Assembly (NCBI GenBank): GCA_011109175.1 | Contig: RDEW01000002.1 | Span: 1,532,111-1,596,110 of the forward strand | Length of the DNA: 64,000 nt | Source of the DNA: Dicyema japonicum | Lineage: Eukaryota > Animalia > Dicyemida | Direction: 5' to 3' | Shown: positions 1 to 13,043 of the stretch, piece by piece | Numbering within the stretch: the first letter of the stretch is position 1 | Layout of the letters: the number at the start of each line of letters is the position of its first letter | Program-made: the position numbers and the translations under genes | Notes under the pieces: model-generated | Told to the model about the DNA's origin: nothing | Seen by the model: only the letters and a program-made list of their open reading frames with translations | Databases searched by the model: none

Positions 1-1836
1 ATTTGTTAGTTGACTTTTAGGGGAAAATACGACTCAGCCATTAAGGAAAGCATTTCCCGACCAAATACAGGGTCTGACCAGTCCATGAAAGTATTCTTAT
101 GAGTTTACTCCAAGAGAACAATCGCAGCGATGATTTCCCAATGCTTTGTGATGTATCGAGGCAACGTGGGTCAGTTTGTAAACAGTGTGGACGATCATGA
201 GCTAGTGAACCTCCTAAAGTACGTCTACAAGTCCTTAGAAGTTCCATATGAAGGAAATGCCAACAAAATATTGCAGTGGCACGAATCTGTGGAATTTGTG
301 ATGATTTTGGTAGATTGTCTCGAAATCTGGAGTTGGGTGCATCTGCAGAGTTGTTTGTGACAGAAAAAAGGTTTAATTATGAGGATTACACTAATTTACC
401 TATTTGGATATTTTATTAACTTAAACAATCCAGGATTTTAGGCATTACCACACGATTGTCCCTTTGGTGTCATTTGAGTCAATTAGGGATCTTTTGGCTT
501 CATTAGAAGTATTGGTGGCATTTTCAGACATTTTAGCGCATTAGGTCTTACTGGACGGCTATGTGCGCTGAGCATTATTCTGAGCATTATTTTGGGTGAG
601 TTAGGCTTTAGTTGGATTCTTAGTTATGTTTTGTTGATTTTTTGGCAAATTGGTGGATTTTATGCAGTATTGGATTGTCATTGAATGTCGATTTGAGAGT
701 GAGGCCTTTATGCTGGTTCACTTGACATTGTGTGAGCATGCTTGAATGGTGATTGGGACAGTTTAAAGTGTCTAAGGCCAGAGAGCATAACTTTCTGCTT
801 GGACGTTGTGATTTAGGAAAGACTCGGATCTTTGAGGTGATTATCAAGTCACTTTATGCACGCACTCTTTAAACTGTTTATCTAAGGGGGAGTTTCTTCA
901 TGGGTGTTCGGACATTGGACCTCCTACTTGTTGTTGCGACCAAGGTAGAGATATCAAAATTGTTCAGTAGACACTAGTTAAAAGATCCACGTGACCAACT
1001 CTACCATCTTTGAACATAAGATCAAAAATTTACCGAGAAGATCTGAATGAATTGAGGTCCCTAAGTCAACCACATTATCAGCAACAAGCATATACACGTG
1101 CCGCATCTGGATAGCCCTAATCGCTCTCCATTCTGTTTGAAGTCTGACTCCTCAGATCACTGAAGTCTTTGGTGTCCCCAAATTATTTTGAACCATGTGA
1201 TTGAAATATCTTCAATAATCAAACTCTCAGTTTCTTAGCCTAAAAGGGAGACAATTCTTCATAATATCTATTTGAGTTTAAGTGACACTCAATTTACCTA
1301 AAGATCATTCCTTAAGATAGAAGAGGTTCAAATGGGAGCTCTTGACCTTTAAGTTCATATATTTGACAATATTTGTCATAATCCTAATTACATTATCTCT
1401 AATTACCTAAGCCTATTAAACCAATGGGAACAAATTTATTACAAAATATAAACATCCCTCTGCACGTGAGTTTCCTTCCACCTTCTATGAAGACCAGGTC
1501 ATCTCTTCCCCGTCACATATGATAATGGACAAAGACGTGTTTAGATTACCTCACGGACTGAACCTCAAGAAGCTGGCAAAGAAAAGTCTGCAGCAGCAAT
1601 AAGAATAATTGTTTCGATAAAGCTGAAAATGCTGAGTCATTTATTACCGATAGATTAGTGTTTCTCGCTTCTCACCTCAATTTAGAGAATATTTTCCAGT
1701 GACGTATGGTCCTGCATGTTTTATTGGAGTATTGATGTTTCATCAAATGCAACTGAGAACCACGTGCTTGTCGTCCACAACATTGATTCTTATACTCTGA
1801 TTTCACTTCAAGAGACACTCCAGTGTAGTGGAAATG

Positions 1837-3004
1837 GGTTCTAGGTAAATTCATCGCCGGTAAATTCATCGCCGGTAATTTCATCGCTGGTAAATTCATC
1901 GCTGGTAAATTCATCGCCGGTAAATTCATCGCGAGGTAAATTCATCGCTGGTAATTTCATCGCGAGGTAAATTCATCGCCGGTAAATTCATCGCTGGTAA
2001 ATTCATCGACGGTAAATTCATCGCTGGTAATTTCATCGCGAGGTAAATTCATCGCTGGTAAATTCATCGCCGGTTAATTCAAGCGACCACGTGGGTTCTT
2101 AAAAAAAGAGGTCGAAATTTTGATTTTTTATATTATCATTAAAATGTAATTTTGGAGATTAATTTGACGATATGAGTCACGTGGCCAGATCCCCAAGATA
2201 GAAGAAATTTGAAAACCTCAATTCTCCAAATAGTGTTAAATTTACTCAACGATGTGCACCACACGTGTGTGTGTTGGTTAAAGTGATAGAAAATTATTGA
2301 TTATCTTACTGATTATTGATTAATAAATAACAAAGGTCAAACTTTAAGTGAATATTTATGATAATATAATTTTTAGAAAACAAGTTTATGACAATTATTA
2401 ACAAAAACATTGTGTTAATTTCTAAAATGCTAAATTATAGGCAATGCCTTTTAAATAGTCAAGAATTTCGCGATTATCGAAGTCATTTACAATGCGTTGA
2501 ATTCTTAAAGCATTATCTCTGTATTTTTTCTTTTGTGTAGGACCTTCCCACCAGCAATATACTGTTCAATTTTTAATTTCATTTCTTGCTTGTTCTTTTT
2601 TCAAAACATCAATAAACTTCCAAATCGTAGGATGACACGCTCCAATTAAAGAATTAAAAGAATGATGCCATCTTTCGCAAGAGTTATTCGTTTTAGGCCC
2701 AGCAACTCTCGCTGCTTCAAAACAATTCCACAATTCATGGGCAAAACGTGGACAACGACGTACTTGACGGCGGTCGGGACGTCCTATCCAAATATCTTCT
2801 ACATAATCCAGTACAGGTTGAGCTTCTTCTGGGAAACTGTTGTAATCACACAAATGTTCAAAAATAATGAACAACGTGTAATGTTGGGACAAATGCCAGC
2901 GCCGCAATCATGCGCATTTCAGAGCGAATTCTGAATCTCTTTGATATAATAATTGCAATCCCTGTGATTGGATGCATCTACCGGCGATGAATTTACCGGT
3001 TACC
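1837..3004 (-). mobile_element. Mutator-like (MULE) DNA transposon, internally deleted
   Basis: 9-bp TSD GTGGAAATG at 1828-1836 and 3005-3013. Imperfect TIRs GGTTCTAGGTAAATTCATCGCCGG / CCGGCGATGAATTTACCGGTTACC. ORF 2566-2907 has the MULE C-terminal signature (LDYVEDIWIG..F..ELWN..KTNNSCERWHHSFN..HPTIWKFI). Confidence 0.92.
1844..2086. repeat. Subterminal tandem array of the MULE: 16 copies of 15-16 bp GGTAAATTCATCGC(C/T/GA)
   Basis: Counted directly; the unit is the TIR core sequence. Explains the spurious MNLPA-repeat ORF. Confidence 0.95.
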
Positions 3005-3424
3005 GTGGAAATGACTGGAAATTCAATCAGGGACTTGTTCTTAGTAAATGAAGGTTAACCATCAATAAGGATTCTTAAATTTCAGGACAACCAGTCAAAT
3101 ACAGATTTATTATCCAATCATTAACTAAATTGGGGGTCGAAAGTTGAACCCAGACTTTCAGGATCCCGATTGAGTAATATTGAAACGTCCAAGTAATCAT
3201 TTCCAGGCAAAACAACATAGCTATTGACCTGAAATTTTTATAATTCGTCAAACTGAGGGTTTTCGGCAAAAAACTTTCGTTTATACGATTTACTGTCGAC
3301 AGGATATCCCCCACAATAGTGAGGTTCCTTGTCTTTATGATTATGGATTGTAAACATCAGAGAAATGATAATTATCGCACTTTACTATCGTTGGGCAGTG
3401 CAACGATTTTCAAAAATTAATGCT

Positions 3425-3733
3425 GTGGTCGGGTGGCACAGTGTAAAGAGTGCCAGGCAAAAGTCCTAATGGTCCCTAGTTCGAAGATCACTGCTGTATA
3501 TTCCGGCTGAAAATTACACGCATCTACGATGCCTAGGCTTGACGAGTGACGCCGTCATCAGTAAACATCTAACAGCGAACAGGATCGTCTACAAAAGGAC
3601 TCACACCCCAAAAAATAGAAGTGAAGAGTTCCTTGGATCTCCCTCACCGATTAGTTTGAGACTGCTCTTTACTTGAAATAAAATGTGCGTCCTGTCTGGG
3701 AGGAGCTATAGCTCTTCTTAAAGTGCAGTGTTT
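3425..3733 (+). mobile_element. tRNA-derived SINE, copy A
   Basis: A-box-like GTGGCACAGTGT and B-box-like AGTTCGAAGA head, core GGCTTGACGAGTGACGCCGTCATCAGT, tail ending AAAGTGCAG; homologous to copies at 10128, 20355 and 52145. Confidence 0.8.
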
Positions 3734-4379
3734 ATTTAATGTTGTGACCGAAACTACATGATGGGGGACCTGGCCTTAATGTGACTTAAGCATTAAAAGT
3801 TTTCGGGAGAGAAATGCGAAACTATGGACACACTAATGAATATTCACGAAGAGGAATTGGGAGAAAAGATTTTGTCGTAATCATGAAGGGGCAAAATATT
3901 GTATATTGATTTTAAATTTTAATAAACTGATTTCTATCTGCACGATACTTCAAATCTTAGGATTACGGGAGAAAGGACTCTGGAACAGCAGTATGGCACT
4001 CATCCCGTATCACTACCAAAAAAATTAATCGTTAGTTCCTTGGTGAGTGAGAGGGCCTTTCGGTGGTAATGTAGGCCGTTTTCTCTACAAGCAGATGGAA
4101 GGGAGAGATCGCAATGAGATCACTTGCATCATGACAATGGTCTTGTATAGGGACTCCACCAGATTGGGAGTCGTCATAAAAAGGAAGGACTTGATACACA
4201 CGGAGCTTGCTTGTAATAGTAGCAAGTAGCGGATGATCACCCAAAACGACATCACCAGAGCACAGTGGGTGAATGAATGAAAAATTCCAAAGACAATGAG
4301 GGTTTTACATTTTATTCTTTAAAATTATTTTATTTAAAGAGCATTCATCATTAACCAGCAGTCACTTTTTAGTGAGTAA

Positions 4380-5060
4380 GTGGAACTACGCTCTCTCTTA
4401 TGACATTTGAAAGTAAACATTCCCTTTCACAGAATCGAAGCTTTCTAGAACATCCCTAACCCCTTGTTTTCTTGGATATTGTGTACTTCGCAAACACCGG
4501 GAAAGAAGTCTCGGAGGAGGATTATTGACTATCGTTAAGGATGGACTTATTTTACGGCCGTCACCCCATTTGTATCTTCTCTCAGGAACAGATTAATATT
4601 GAAGTATAAACACCCTCTCTGACTCCGGTCACAATCAGCCAATAATCGCGGAGAGTGCATCCTATCTATACTCCACGAATTAACTATTCTCAATAATCCG
4701 GATTCCATACTAGGACCCCAATCCAAAAAGGGGACAGCCCGTGGGATGTTCGTCATGGTTTTACAAGCGACCATAACCCAATTGTGTTGAAACTCGATGT
4801 TTTACGAAGTTCAAAAACTATTCCAAGGCAGACTGAGTGGTTTCAACACGTTGGTGGACAGTTGTTTATTGGACTTCGCTTTTGAAGACTTTTCTATTGA
4901 CAAGAAAGCTCAGATATTAACCTCGATAATCCTGAAAGCCAACACAATGTTTATCCCCCGATCGTCTTACAAAATATTTGAAACTATCTTCAAGACATCC
5001 TGGTACTTATCAAGAAGCAGGATGCCTTGAAGAAAATCTGAATAAAATTAGATGACTCGT
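4380..5060 (-). mobile_element. Degenerate reverse transcriptase relic, possibly Penelope-like
   Basis: Frameshifted minus-strand fragments (ILLLDKYQDVLKIVSNIL; LGYGRL..H..P; LYFNINLF) loosely resembling the N-terminal RT motifs of Penelope-like elements. Confidence 0.3.
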
Positions 5061-6689
5061 CCATATGATCTCTTAATTACAAAAACTAATCCGTACTAAC
5101 CACATACATAAGTGGAGTCGACTTGTTAGTCGACTATGCTACACAAACTCATGTGGCACCCTCTGGAAGACACTAAGAAGTATCAACAGTCTTATAAACG
5201 AAGATGGCGGCGGAGTGGAAGCCGTTACCCATATTGCCTCCGGACATGCTCAGAAACTTGCAAATAATCTTATCAAATATTATGTGTCGAATTTCTCCGC
5301 ATGTGAGGATGTGCTCCACGACAGACGGGTACTTAACTATTAAATGACCGCCACTTTATTGCAACAAAATCAATTTTGGGAGGTGAAATTCTAAATTTGG
5401 GGGATGGGATTTTTAGTTTTTCTAGAGATCTGGCATACTTCCACGAATGTTAAGTCACTAGGCCATCCTAAGTGAGTACAATCGGGACAATCTTGACCTC
5501 TGCGTGATATATCAGCTCCATTTGATCAACCCCACTGTATTATTTTTGCAAAGATATTCACAGCTTTGTATTTTTTTATTTTATAAATAATTTTAATCAT
5601 GAGAAAATATGGATGAAAAGATTATTCGTCATGTGTGAAATAGACATAATAATTCAAGAACCACGTCACCAGTTCAACCAATCAGAGGAAGAACCATGGC
5701 TCTGAACGAGGATCTTAATGGAAGATAACTTAAATCTGCAGAAGACCTAAAAGATCTAAGTACAGATGCGCAAAGCAGAGGTCGATGGAGACGCCTAGTG
5801 AAGCAGATTTTAAAACGTGTGGCACAAACGGGACCTTAGTTAATATAACGTTCTTTGGTTCTTTGAAAGTGCTTTTAAAGATAATAATAAAAGATGGATG
5901 AAACACATTCGAAAGGCTGTCTTTTTGTGCAATCAGAAACCTCACTGTTCCACAGGTTATTTAGAACTTGGGTATGCCATGGGCAAGTGAAGGAAGATGA
6001 CTTTGTTAATAGTTTCTCAAGTTGACATACTCCAGTATTCTTTAAAAGGGTTAAAAGGAAATTACGGTATCCCCCAAGTCTATACGTTGTTACGTCACCC
6101 TTATTATTCGTTTAAGAGAAGTCATGAATGTGAGAACCTCGTGTTGTATTTCTGAGACTTGTTCTATCCGATAAAAGAGTATCAGGTTTTTTTATTTCAG
6201 TCATTGATGCCGGAATAAAGATTTTGTTCTGGGAGACATATTAAATGAACCATCTGGTTTCTATAAAATTTAATATCCAATTGTTAGAAGCGCATAAGCA
6301 TGAAATCAAGAGGTACGTTTACGGTCACTAAGTTTGTGGTTATGCATCATAACAGCGTCTCAGCTACGGTCGTAAGTGCGTAAGGTATAGCAATCTATAG
6401 TTGTCCTTTTAGCTTCGAATTAATAAATTATTGATGTCTACTTTCGTAGAGGCTTAGTTTCCAATACTGAATCTTTTCTTAGGCGGGACAGATTGATGGC
6501 TTCCCACTTCCAAAGCCATCAAGAATGCTCATAACGTTTCATTTTGGTTGAATGCAACTATCAGTAGACAATTCAGTTCTGCAGTTAGTAATCAATGATG
6601 ACGGGGTCACTCGTCACTGTTCTTCATTAGGAACTCCTAGACCAAGTAATCTTCTGACTATCATAAATCACACAACTGACCATCCCGCT

Positions 6690-7500
6690 TCTCGAATGTC
6701 ATACGACATATCAAAAACATTCGACAGTGTTAACCGCAGAGCCATAATCGGTCAGTTATCTCGGACGGGAAGCCAGAAGGACTAGTGAATTGGTTGAAAG
6801 TATACATATAAGGAAAAAACTCATGTTAGATGCGGGCGCTATTTTTTAAATATGATTTTTTGAAGAGAGTAGTCACCTGATTTGCACAAACGACGTGCTA
6901 TTGTCTGATGTGTCGAGATCGAGTGTGATCTCGGAGAGGAGACTCAATGTGTATATGGAAGAGATAAAAGACTGGTGCGGTCTCCAAAGGATTAAAACTG
7001 TCAGAAGAGAAATCTAAGGCAATGAGGTTTTTCGGTCGTAATGAAAAAGTAAATTATCAAGGTTTCCTATGTGGAATCAATTATATGAGATCCCTGAAGT
7101 ATCTCGGAACAGCTATTGAGAAACAAGGAGTACATTATGTGACTTTAAACTACGAAGGAAGAGAGCACACCATACGATCTTGTGTATGAGGAAATTGAGA
7201 CTCGAAACGGATATGTTTTTATTTACTTTTCACGTACAATCATTCCATCACTCTTTTATAGACTAGATGGATGGTAATACAATGCATACAAGGAGCGTTT
7301 TATCTTGCTTTTTGAAAAATCAAGGAGAGCGTGGATCAAGATTGTCCTACGCAAAAGACTCGACGAGAAGTTAGATGCAGATAAAAATTTGTTAGTAATG
7401 TCGATTGTTTCCCGTAAAAATATTGTTCCCCACACAGAATAAACCATAAGGGGTCTTAGGGCTCAGAGGAGAGTCAAAGCTATGGCAGGACTTGAGGAAG
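6690..7500 (+). mobile_element. Degenerate non-LTR retrotransposon RT fragment
   Basis: SYDISKTFDSVNR (RT motif D..KAFD.V) followed by broken downstream RT and thumb motifs. Confidence 0.55.
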
Positions 7501-8243
7501 AAGCCTCAAGTTAATACCCTCTTATTTTCCTTGTTAATAAAATTATTATAAAAACTGACAAAGATAAAAGCTATCACCACCAATCCTTATAAATCGATTA
7601 ACATTGAAATTGCTTTGATCTTCATTCGCGCATTCGTTTTACTCGTGAACAGCTATCAACAGCACAGATTACTTAAGTTTATTGAATTAATTTTTGCCTT
7701 AATGTCCCATGATATACAATATTTTTAATCTTTAGTATACGATTTTTTCCTAAGTCCCCTACATTTAATTGTCGAGGAGAAAAATATTTACAACTTTTAA
7801 CGAATATCCTTAAGATTTATTGAGGAGATTCACATTTGCTATATCGCAGACTTATTATGATTCCACCTTCAACTAGCATTTTGACATTGAGATCATGCAA
7901 ACAGTCAATTAAACAGTGCTTACTTGGTCCCAGTACGTCAAAGTTTATAAGACTGATCGACTGGCTTGCAGGACTATGGAAAGGAGAGTCTAGAATGACG
8001 TCCAGAACAATGGGCTCACAACCAAGAGGGGTAATTCCCATTGCGTGCTCAATGGACGCAAACCATAATGGATCCTTTCTACTTTTATTTAAATTATATA
8101 ACTTTGATTAGAATTAGTAATCAGCTCTCATAATCAGCCATTCCACTTTTCTACTTCATGAAGCCTCACCATATTTATGATGTAACGTTTAGAAAGGCTT
8201 ATCTTAGTTTATGAATCTAAAACTTATTATTTGGATAAAAGTA

Positions 8244-10071
8244 CAGTAAACTCTCTTAAATTTGCCAATTCTCAGATTTGCCAATTTTTAAAGAAATTTT
8301 TTAATTTTAATGGAAATTTGCCAATTCCGAAATTTGCCACAATTTTTTAAAGTTTAAAAAAAATTAATGAAAAATTAAAACAATAAAACTTTATTCTACT
8401 AGCATGTTTCGTTGTGATTCTAGTGGTCGATATACAAGACTCACTATCGAACAAAAAGTGCAAATATTGCGTTATAAGGAAGACAACAACTTATTATCAT
8501 ACCAAAGAATTGGCGATAAATTTTCCTTTTTGTTAAAAGTGAACATATGCCTAAGGACAGCTAACGCTATCTTAACGAGTCGTGAGCCAATTTTGGACAA
8601 TTCAAAACAAAAAATTCATCAACAAAAACAGTCAAAAAGTAAGTTAAAGTTCCCCAACTTGATGAAAAGCTTGTTGAGTGGTTGGATTCGATGAAAGCAA
8701 AATGTACTCTTAATGTTTTTAAATTTTAAGGTGCATTGTTGAACGATGCATTAATATCCAGCAAGGCAGAATTCTTCAATAAGCAACTTTCTCTTGACTA
8801 TTTCAAAAACTCTTAGATTTTTATCCAAATTTAAGAAAGGCATGGATTTCGGATGAGGAAATTAAATGAACAAATGTGCACTGAAAAGTGTCGATATTGA
8901 AGGGTTTCTCAAAGAATTTCAACAAGTTTCAAAGTCATATACCTGCGATCAGATAACCTGGATGAAACTGGGATTTTTTAGAAGTTTATTCCATCCAGAG
9001 GTATCTGCAAGACCCCGTTCGGAGGATACAAGAACTTCAAAGATAGAGTATCTGTGATGTTATGCACAAATATGTCTGGAAATCATAAATTAAAACCTTT
9101 ATTGATTGGAAAATCAAAAATGTGTTTTAAAAAATATGATTATCAGTGTTCTGTTTTGTATTACAGTTCCAAAAGAGCGTGGATGACCGGATTTATTTTT
9201 ATAAACTGGATGATAAATTTTGATAATTTTTTAGGGCAGAAAGAAATCAATTTTGCTCTTATAGACAATTGTCCTTTTCATTGCCTTCGAATTTGGAAAA
9301 TACAAAAAAAATGTTCTTTCCTAAAAATGCTACAGAATAATTCAGCCAATGGATTTGGGAATTATTAAAACAAAGTCCACTTTGATAGAAACAAATTGCA
9401 GTATCTCACTGGATTATTGGAAAAAGAACACGTGTCAGTTTATCATATAAAAATTTGAACCTTAAAGACACTGTTCTATCTATATAAATGGCTCGGCAAG
9501 ATGTATCCCCTAAAACAATCAAAAATTGTTATCAAATTCTAAAAAAATCGGGTACTATCACACCTTTAGTAAATGTGAACATAATTCAAGAAATATTATC
9601 CAACACGGATATTCACGATCCGATTGAAATCGAAGAATTTATGTCTATAAATTATTCTGAAAAAAATGCAATAAATGAAGAAATAACACCATTAATTGAT
9701 AATAATGAGATAATCATCCATGAACTACTGAATTGAAACTCCTAAACAAGAATAAAATAGCATTTAAGTTAAGCGAAATTGAAAAGGATCTTGAGAACGT
9801 TGAAAACGAAGAGAATGTCGTCCTTATTACATCTATTAGAAGATTTAATGCAAATATCAGAAATATAAAGAAGCAAATGGGAATTGAATTTTATTTCGAT
9901 AAAATTTAATACTTCATTTTTTTAATAATTTTTTTTCGTAATAATATCAGATTTAGTTATTTTCATCGATGAGAAGTTGCCCAACAAATATTTTAAAATT
10001 ATTGACTAAATTCTGACATTTGCCATTTTTGTTTCCACCAGTTTTTGTGTCAAATTTGGGAGAGTTTACTG
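8244..10071 (+). mobile_element. Tigger/pogo-family DNA transposon, frameshifted transposase
   Basis: TA-flanked TIRs CAGTAAACTCTC...GAGAGTTTACTG. CENP-B-type HTH (LTIEQKVQIL) and DDE_1 motifs (DETG, KDRVSVMLCTNMSG.HKLKPLLIGK, AWMT, IDNC.FH, QPMDLG). 27-nt intron at 8704-8730. Confidence 0.93.
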
Positions 10072-10127
10072 TATATCAGGGAATTAACATTTGTACTTAT
10101 TTAGAAAGTGACCGCCATTTTCCTGCA

Positions 10128-10445
10128 ATTTCACTTTTACGCAGAGCCACATTAGCTATAGTTTAGCTCAGACATGACACACACTTTAAGTAAAGAACAG
10201 TTATAATGACTAACCGTAGAGGGAGAACTAAGGAATGCTCTTCACTTCTTTTTTATTTTTATTGGGTAAATGTCTTTTATAGACGATCCAGTTCCACAGT
10301 GAAATGCTCGCTGATGACAGCGTCACTCGTCGAGTCAAAAAATCATATATGCCTGGAACTTTCAACCGGTATGTAGCAACGGAATTCGAACCAGGGGCCG
10401 TCAGATCTCTTGCCAGGCAATCGTTACACTGCAACAAAACCAATA
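10128..10445 (-). mobile_element. tRNA-derived SINE, copy B
   Basis: Minus strand has B-box GGTTCGAATTCC and the same core and tail as copy A. Confidence 0.8.
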
Positions 10446-10469
10446 TATGTCATTTTTTAGTTAAAAAGA

Positions 10470-10795
10470 ATAATTTTTTTTAACAATTAAATAAATGTCA
10501 GTTGAGGAAGTCTGCTGCGTGGATCGCGAATGAGTTCCCTCGGAGTATGGCTATTCCAATCTTTTGTCTTAGCCATAACCCTTCTCGTTGATCCCCTTTC
10601 TTTCTGGCAAGCAATCCTCCGAGTTCTCGCAAGAACTCAGCCGTCATTGGACCAACGGCTCCCGATGATTCGGTCGCAACAAGAGTAAATCGGTAGCTAT
10701 CCCCGAGGCAAGAATATTTTTTGATTTTTAGGTTCTCCGCAGTCGAAGAAGCTGCTCCAGGTGTCTGAACCGATTTAAAAATAGAGAACGTGTCT
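10470..10795 (-). mobile_element. CRE-like retrotransposon 3' fragment
   Basis: Near-identical reverse complement of the 3' part of the 21744-22165 copy (ATESSGAVGP..WLRQKIGIAILRGN), with the poly(A) tail pointing left. Confidence 0.9.
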
Positions 10796-10859
10796 ACGTT
10801 AAAAAGTAAATATGAAATTAAAAATTTCCTACGATTAATTTTATTTTTTAATTATTTTT

Positions 10860-12880
10860 GTCTTGTCAAATTAATTACAGATCTAATCAGAAAAATAGTA
10901 AACGGTGACATCCCAGAATATGCCAGAGAATTGCTCTTCTCGCAAGGCTACTTGCTTTCAAAAAGCCAAATGGGGTATCCGTCCCATTGCGGCTGGGAAC
11001 TATTTCAGAAGATTTGCAGCAAAGGTAGCTTCGACCCTGGTGAGTCGACAACTTTGAGATGAGCTCTTTCCTAAACAAATGGGTGTTAGTATTCCAGAAC
11101 GGATGTGAAGCTGCGGTTCATGCAGCAAGGCGATTCTTCACAGAAATATTTCAAATAAATGCATTAGAATTAAGTTGAACATTCAATTCTCTCAGAAAAA
11201 ATAAAATTATGGAAACGTGTTGGAAGATTGCTCCAAAATTTTTCCCTCTTGTTTCTATGAGGGAGATACGTCTCTGGCATTTGAAAATGAAATTATTAAA
11301 TCAAAAACGGGAGTCCAACAAGGAGATCCGCCCAGACCTCTCTTATTTTCTCTGACCATTGGTGATGTTATGAGATCAATTGATGCACAGCAAAATCTCT
11401 GGTATCTCGACGATGCCACAATTGTAGGATCATTCAAGGAAACATACAATTCATTACGTAAAGCGTTAACCGCTTTAAAACACTTGGACTTGGGCAAAAT
11501 GTTAACAAATCAGAGCTAATGAATGTCTCGTATCCAAACACAACTTTCTTCCTATCAAGGAGTCCTTTAACGAACTGCTTTTTGGGATACCGACAGTGCC
11601 AGTTGATAAATTATATTTCCTCGGATGCCACGAAGAAGAACTCAAGAACCATCTACTTTCCAAATATGAAGAACTAACACGCCTCGCGAAAAGATTGTAA
11701 TGTCTCGACTCTCACACATCCTTCTTCCTGATGAGAAACAACATCGGACTACCCAAGCTTTTATATATACTTGGGTGTTCACCCTGCTACGAACAATACG
11801 TCAGTCTACTTTCGATAGACAATCTCTCAAACAAACGGTGAATCACTAATTAACGTCGCGTCTACGAACATGGTTGAAAGCAATGTAAGCTTCTTCTCTG
11901 GATTTGGGGGTGTCGGTCTAAGATCGGCACTGGAGGTTGAGTACCCGCATATCTATCGTCTTCTCAAGATGCAGCCATTTGACACGGCAAGTCCTTTATC
12001 ACTATTGGACACTATTGGACTTGCTGAATGATCATTTGAAGCTTGTCGGAAATGGAACGGTTCCGGACTTAAAATCCCTGAAGACACAACGAAGCAACAT
12101 AATTGGGATAACATTGTCTGCTCCAAAATTTTGGAAGACCTTAAAAAAGAAGCAAATCAACATCGTCTGGCTTGTTTGGCGTCAGCTTCAAGTGGAGGTA
12201 GTAGAGCATGGCTTGGTGCAATACCTTGCCCAAATCTAGGGACTCTTTTAAACGACTAATCTTTGAGGATTGGAATCGGACAAAAGCTAGAACTAGATGT
12301 TTGCCAGGAGCACCGATACCGCTGCGGGAAAATAGTCGATACGAAGGGACTGCACCCGATGTTATGCAAAAAACGCAACACTGCTCTGAACGATGTGTTC
12401 GTCAAAACTCTGAAGGCTACAGACTTCCCATGACAGCTTAAACCTGCGAATCTCGATCGAGGAGATGGAAAAAGACCTGACGGTATGACCCTTTTCCCTT
12501 ACATATTTGGAAGATCTTTGGTCTGGGACGCAACTTTTGTTGATACGTATTCAAGCACGAACCTCAAATCGATTCAGACACCTGGAGCAGCTGCTTTAAT
12601 TGCGGAAAACCTAAAATTCAAGAAATATTCTTTCCTCCGGGACCGGTATTGCTTTACTCCTGTTGCGGTCGAGTCATCAGGAGCCGTTGGTCCAATGACG
12701 GCTGAGTTCTTTGCGCTAACTTGGAGGAATGCTTGCCAAAAAAAAGATCAACGAGAAGGATTCTGGCTAAGACAAATGATTGGAATAACCATACTCCGAG
12801 GGAACTCATTCGCGATCCACGCAGCAGGCTTCCTCAATTAACATTTGTTTCTTTTTTCAATAAATTGAATAAATAAAAAA
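10860..12880 (+). mobile_element. CRE-like non-LTR retrotransposon (RT + restriction-like endonuclease), 5'-truncated and frameshifted
   Basis: RT motifs GVQQGDP..PLLFSL and WYLDD; RLE motifs DGKRPDG, LVWDAT, PVAVESSG; 3' UTR with an A-rich tail. Confidence 0.92.
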
Positions 12881-13043
12881 ATTATTTTTTTTGAATTTTT
12901 TACAGGGTTTTCCAATTTTTTTACTAATTTGTCAAAATGTTTAATAATTTGTCAAAAAGTTTACTAACTTTTGCATAATGGTTAATAAAAGGTGAAATTA
13001 TTATTATTTAAAAATAACGAGTTTTATTTTTATGGGAAACAAT

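Larger units (their letters stand above)
40..3350 (-). mobile_element. Highly degenerate LTR-retrotransposon (Gypsy-like) relics, interrupted by the MULE at 1837-3004
   Basis: Minus-strand fragments only: a GPY-like motif (INTPIKHAGPYV, ~1700-1740) and, across frameshifts, a CWHF..YGTS..CR stretch (~225-265) resembling a gag Cys/His motif; many stops. No LTRs identified, and the pieces need not come from one element. Confidence 0.25.

Noticed and set aside
1672-1929. ORF with MNLPA repeats; array superficially CRISPR-like
   Set aside because: It is the translation of the MULE 15-bp array; there are no spacers or cas genes and the context is eukaryotic.
3425-3495. tRNA genes at SINE heads
   Set aside because: Cloverleaf is broken and each head is attached to the same ~230-bp body.
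10311-10345. CTGATGA in the antisense strand of the SINE core as a hammerhead ribozyme
   Set aside because: No GAAA after a stem II and no stem I/III pairing in any copy; the CTGATGA...GACGAAA at ~61048-61097 also lacks a proper stem II.
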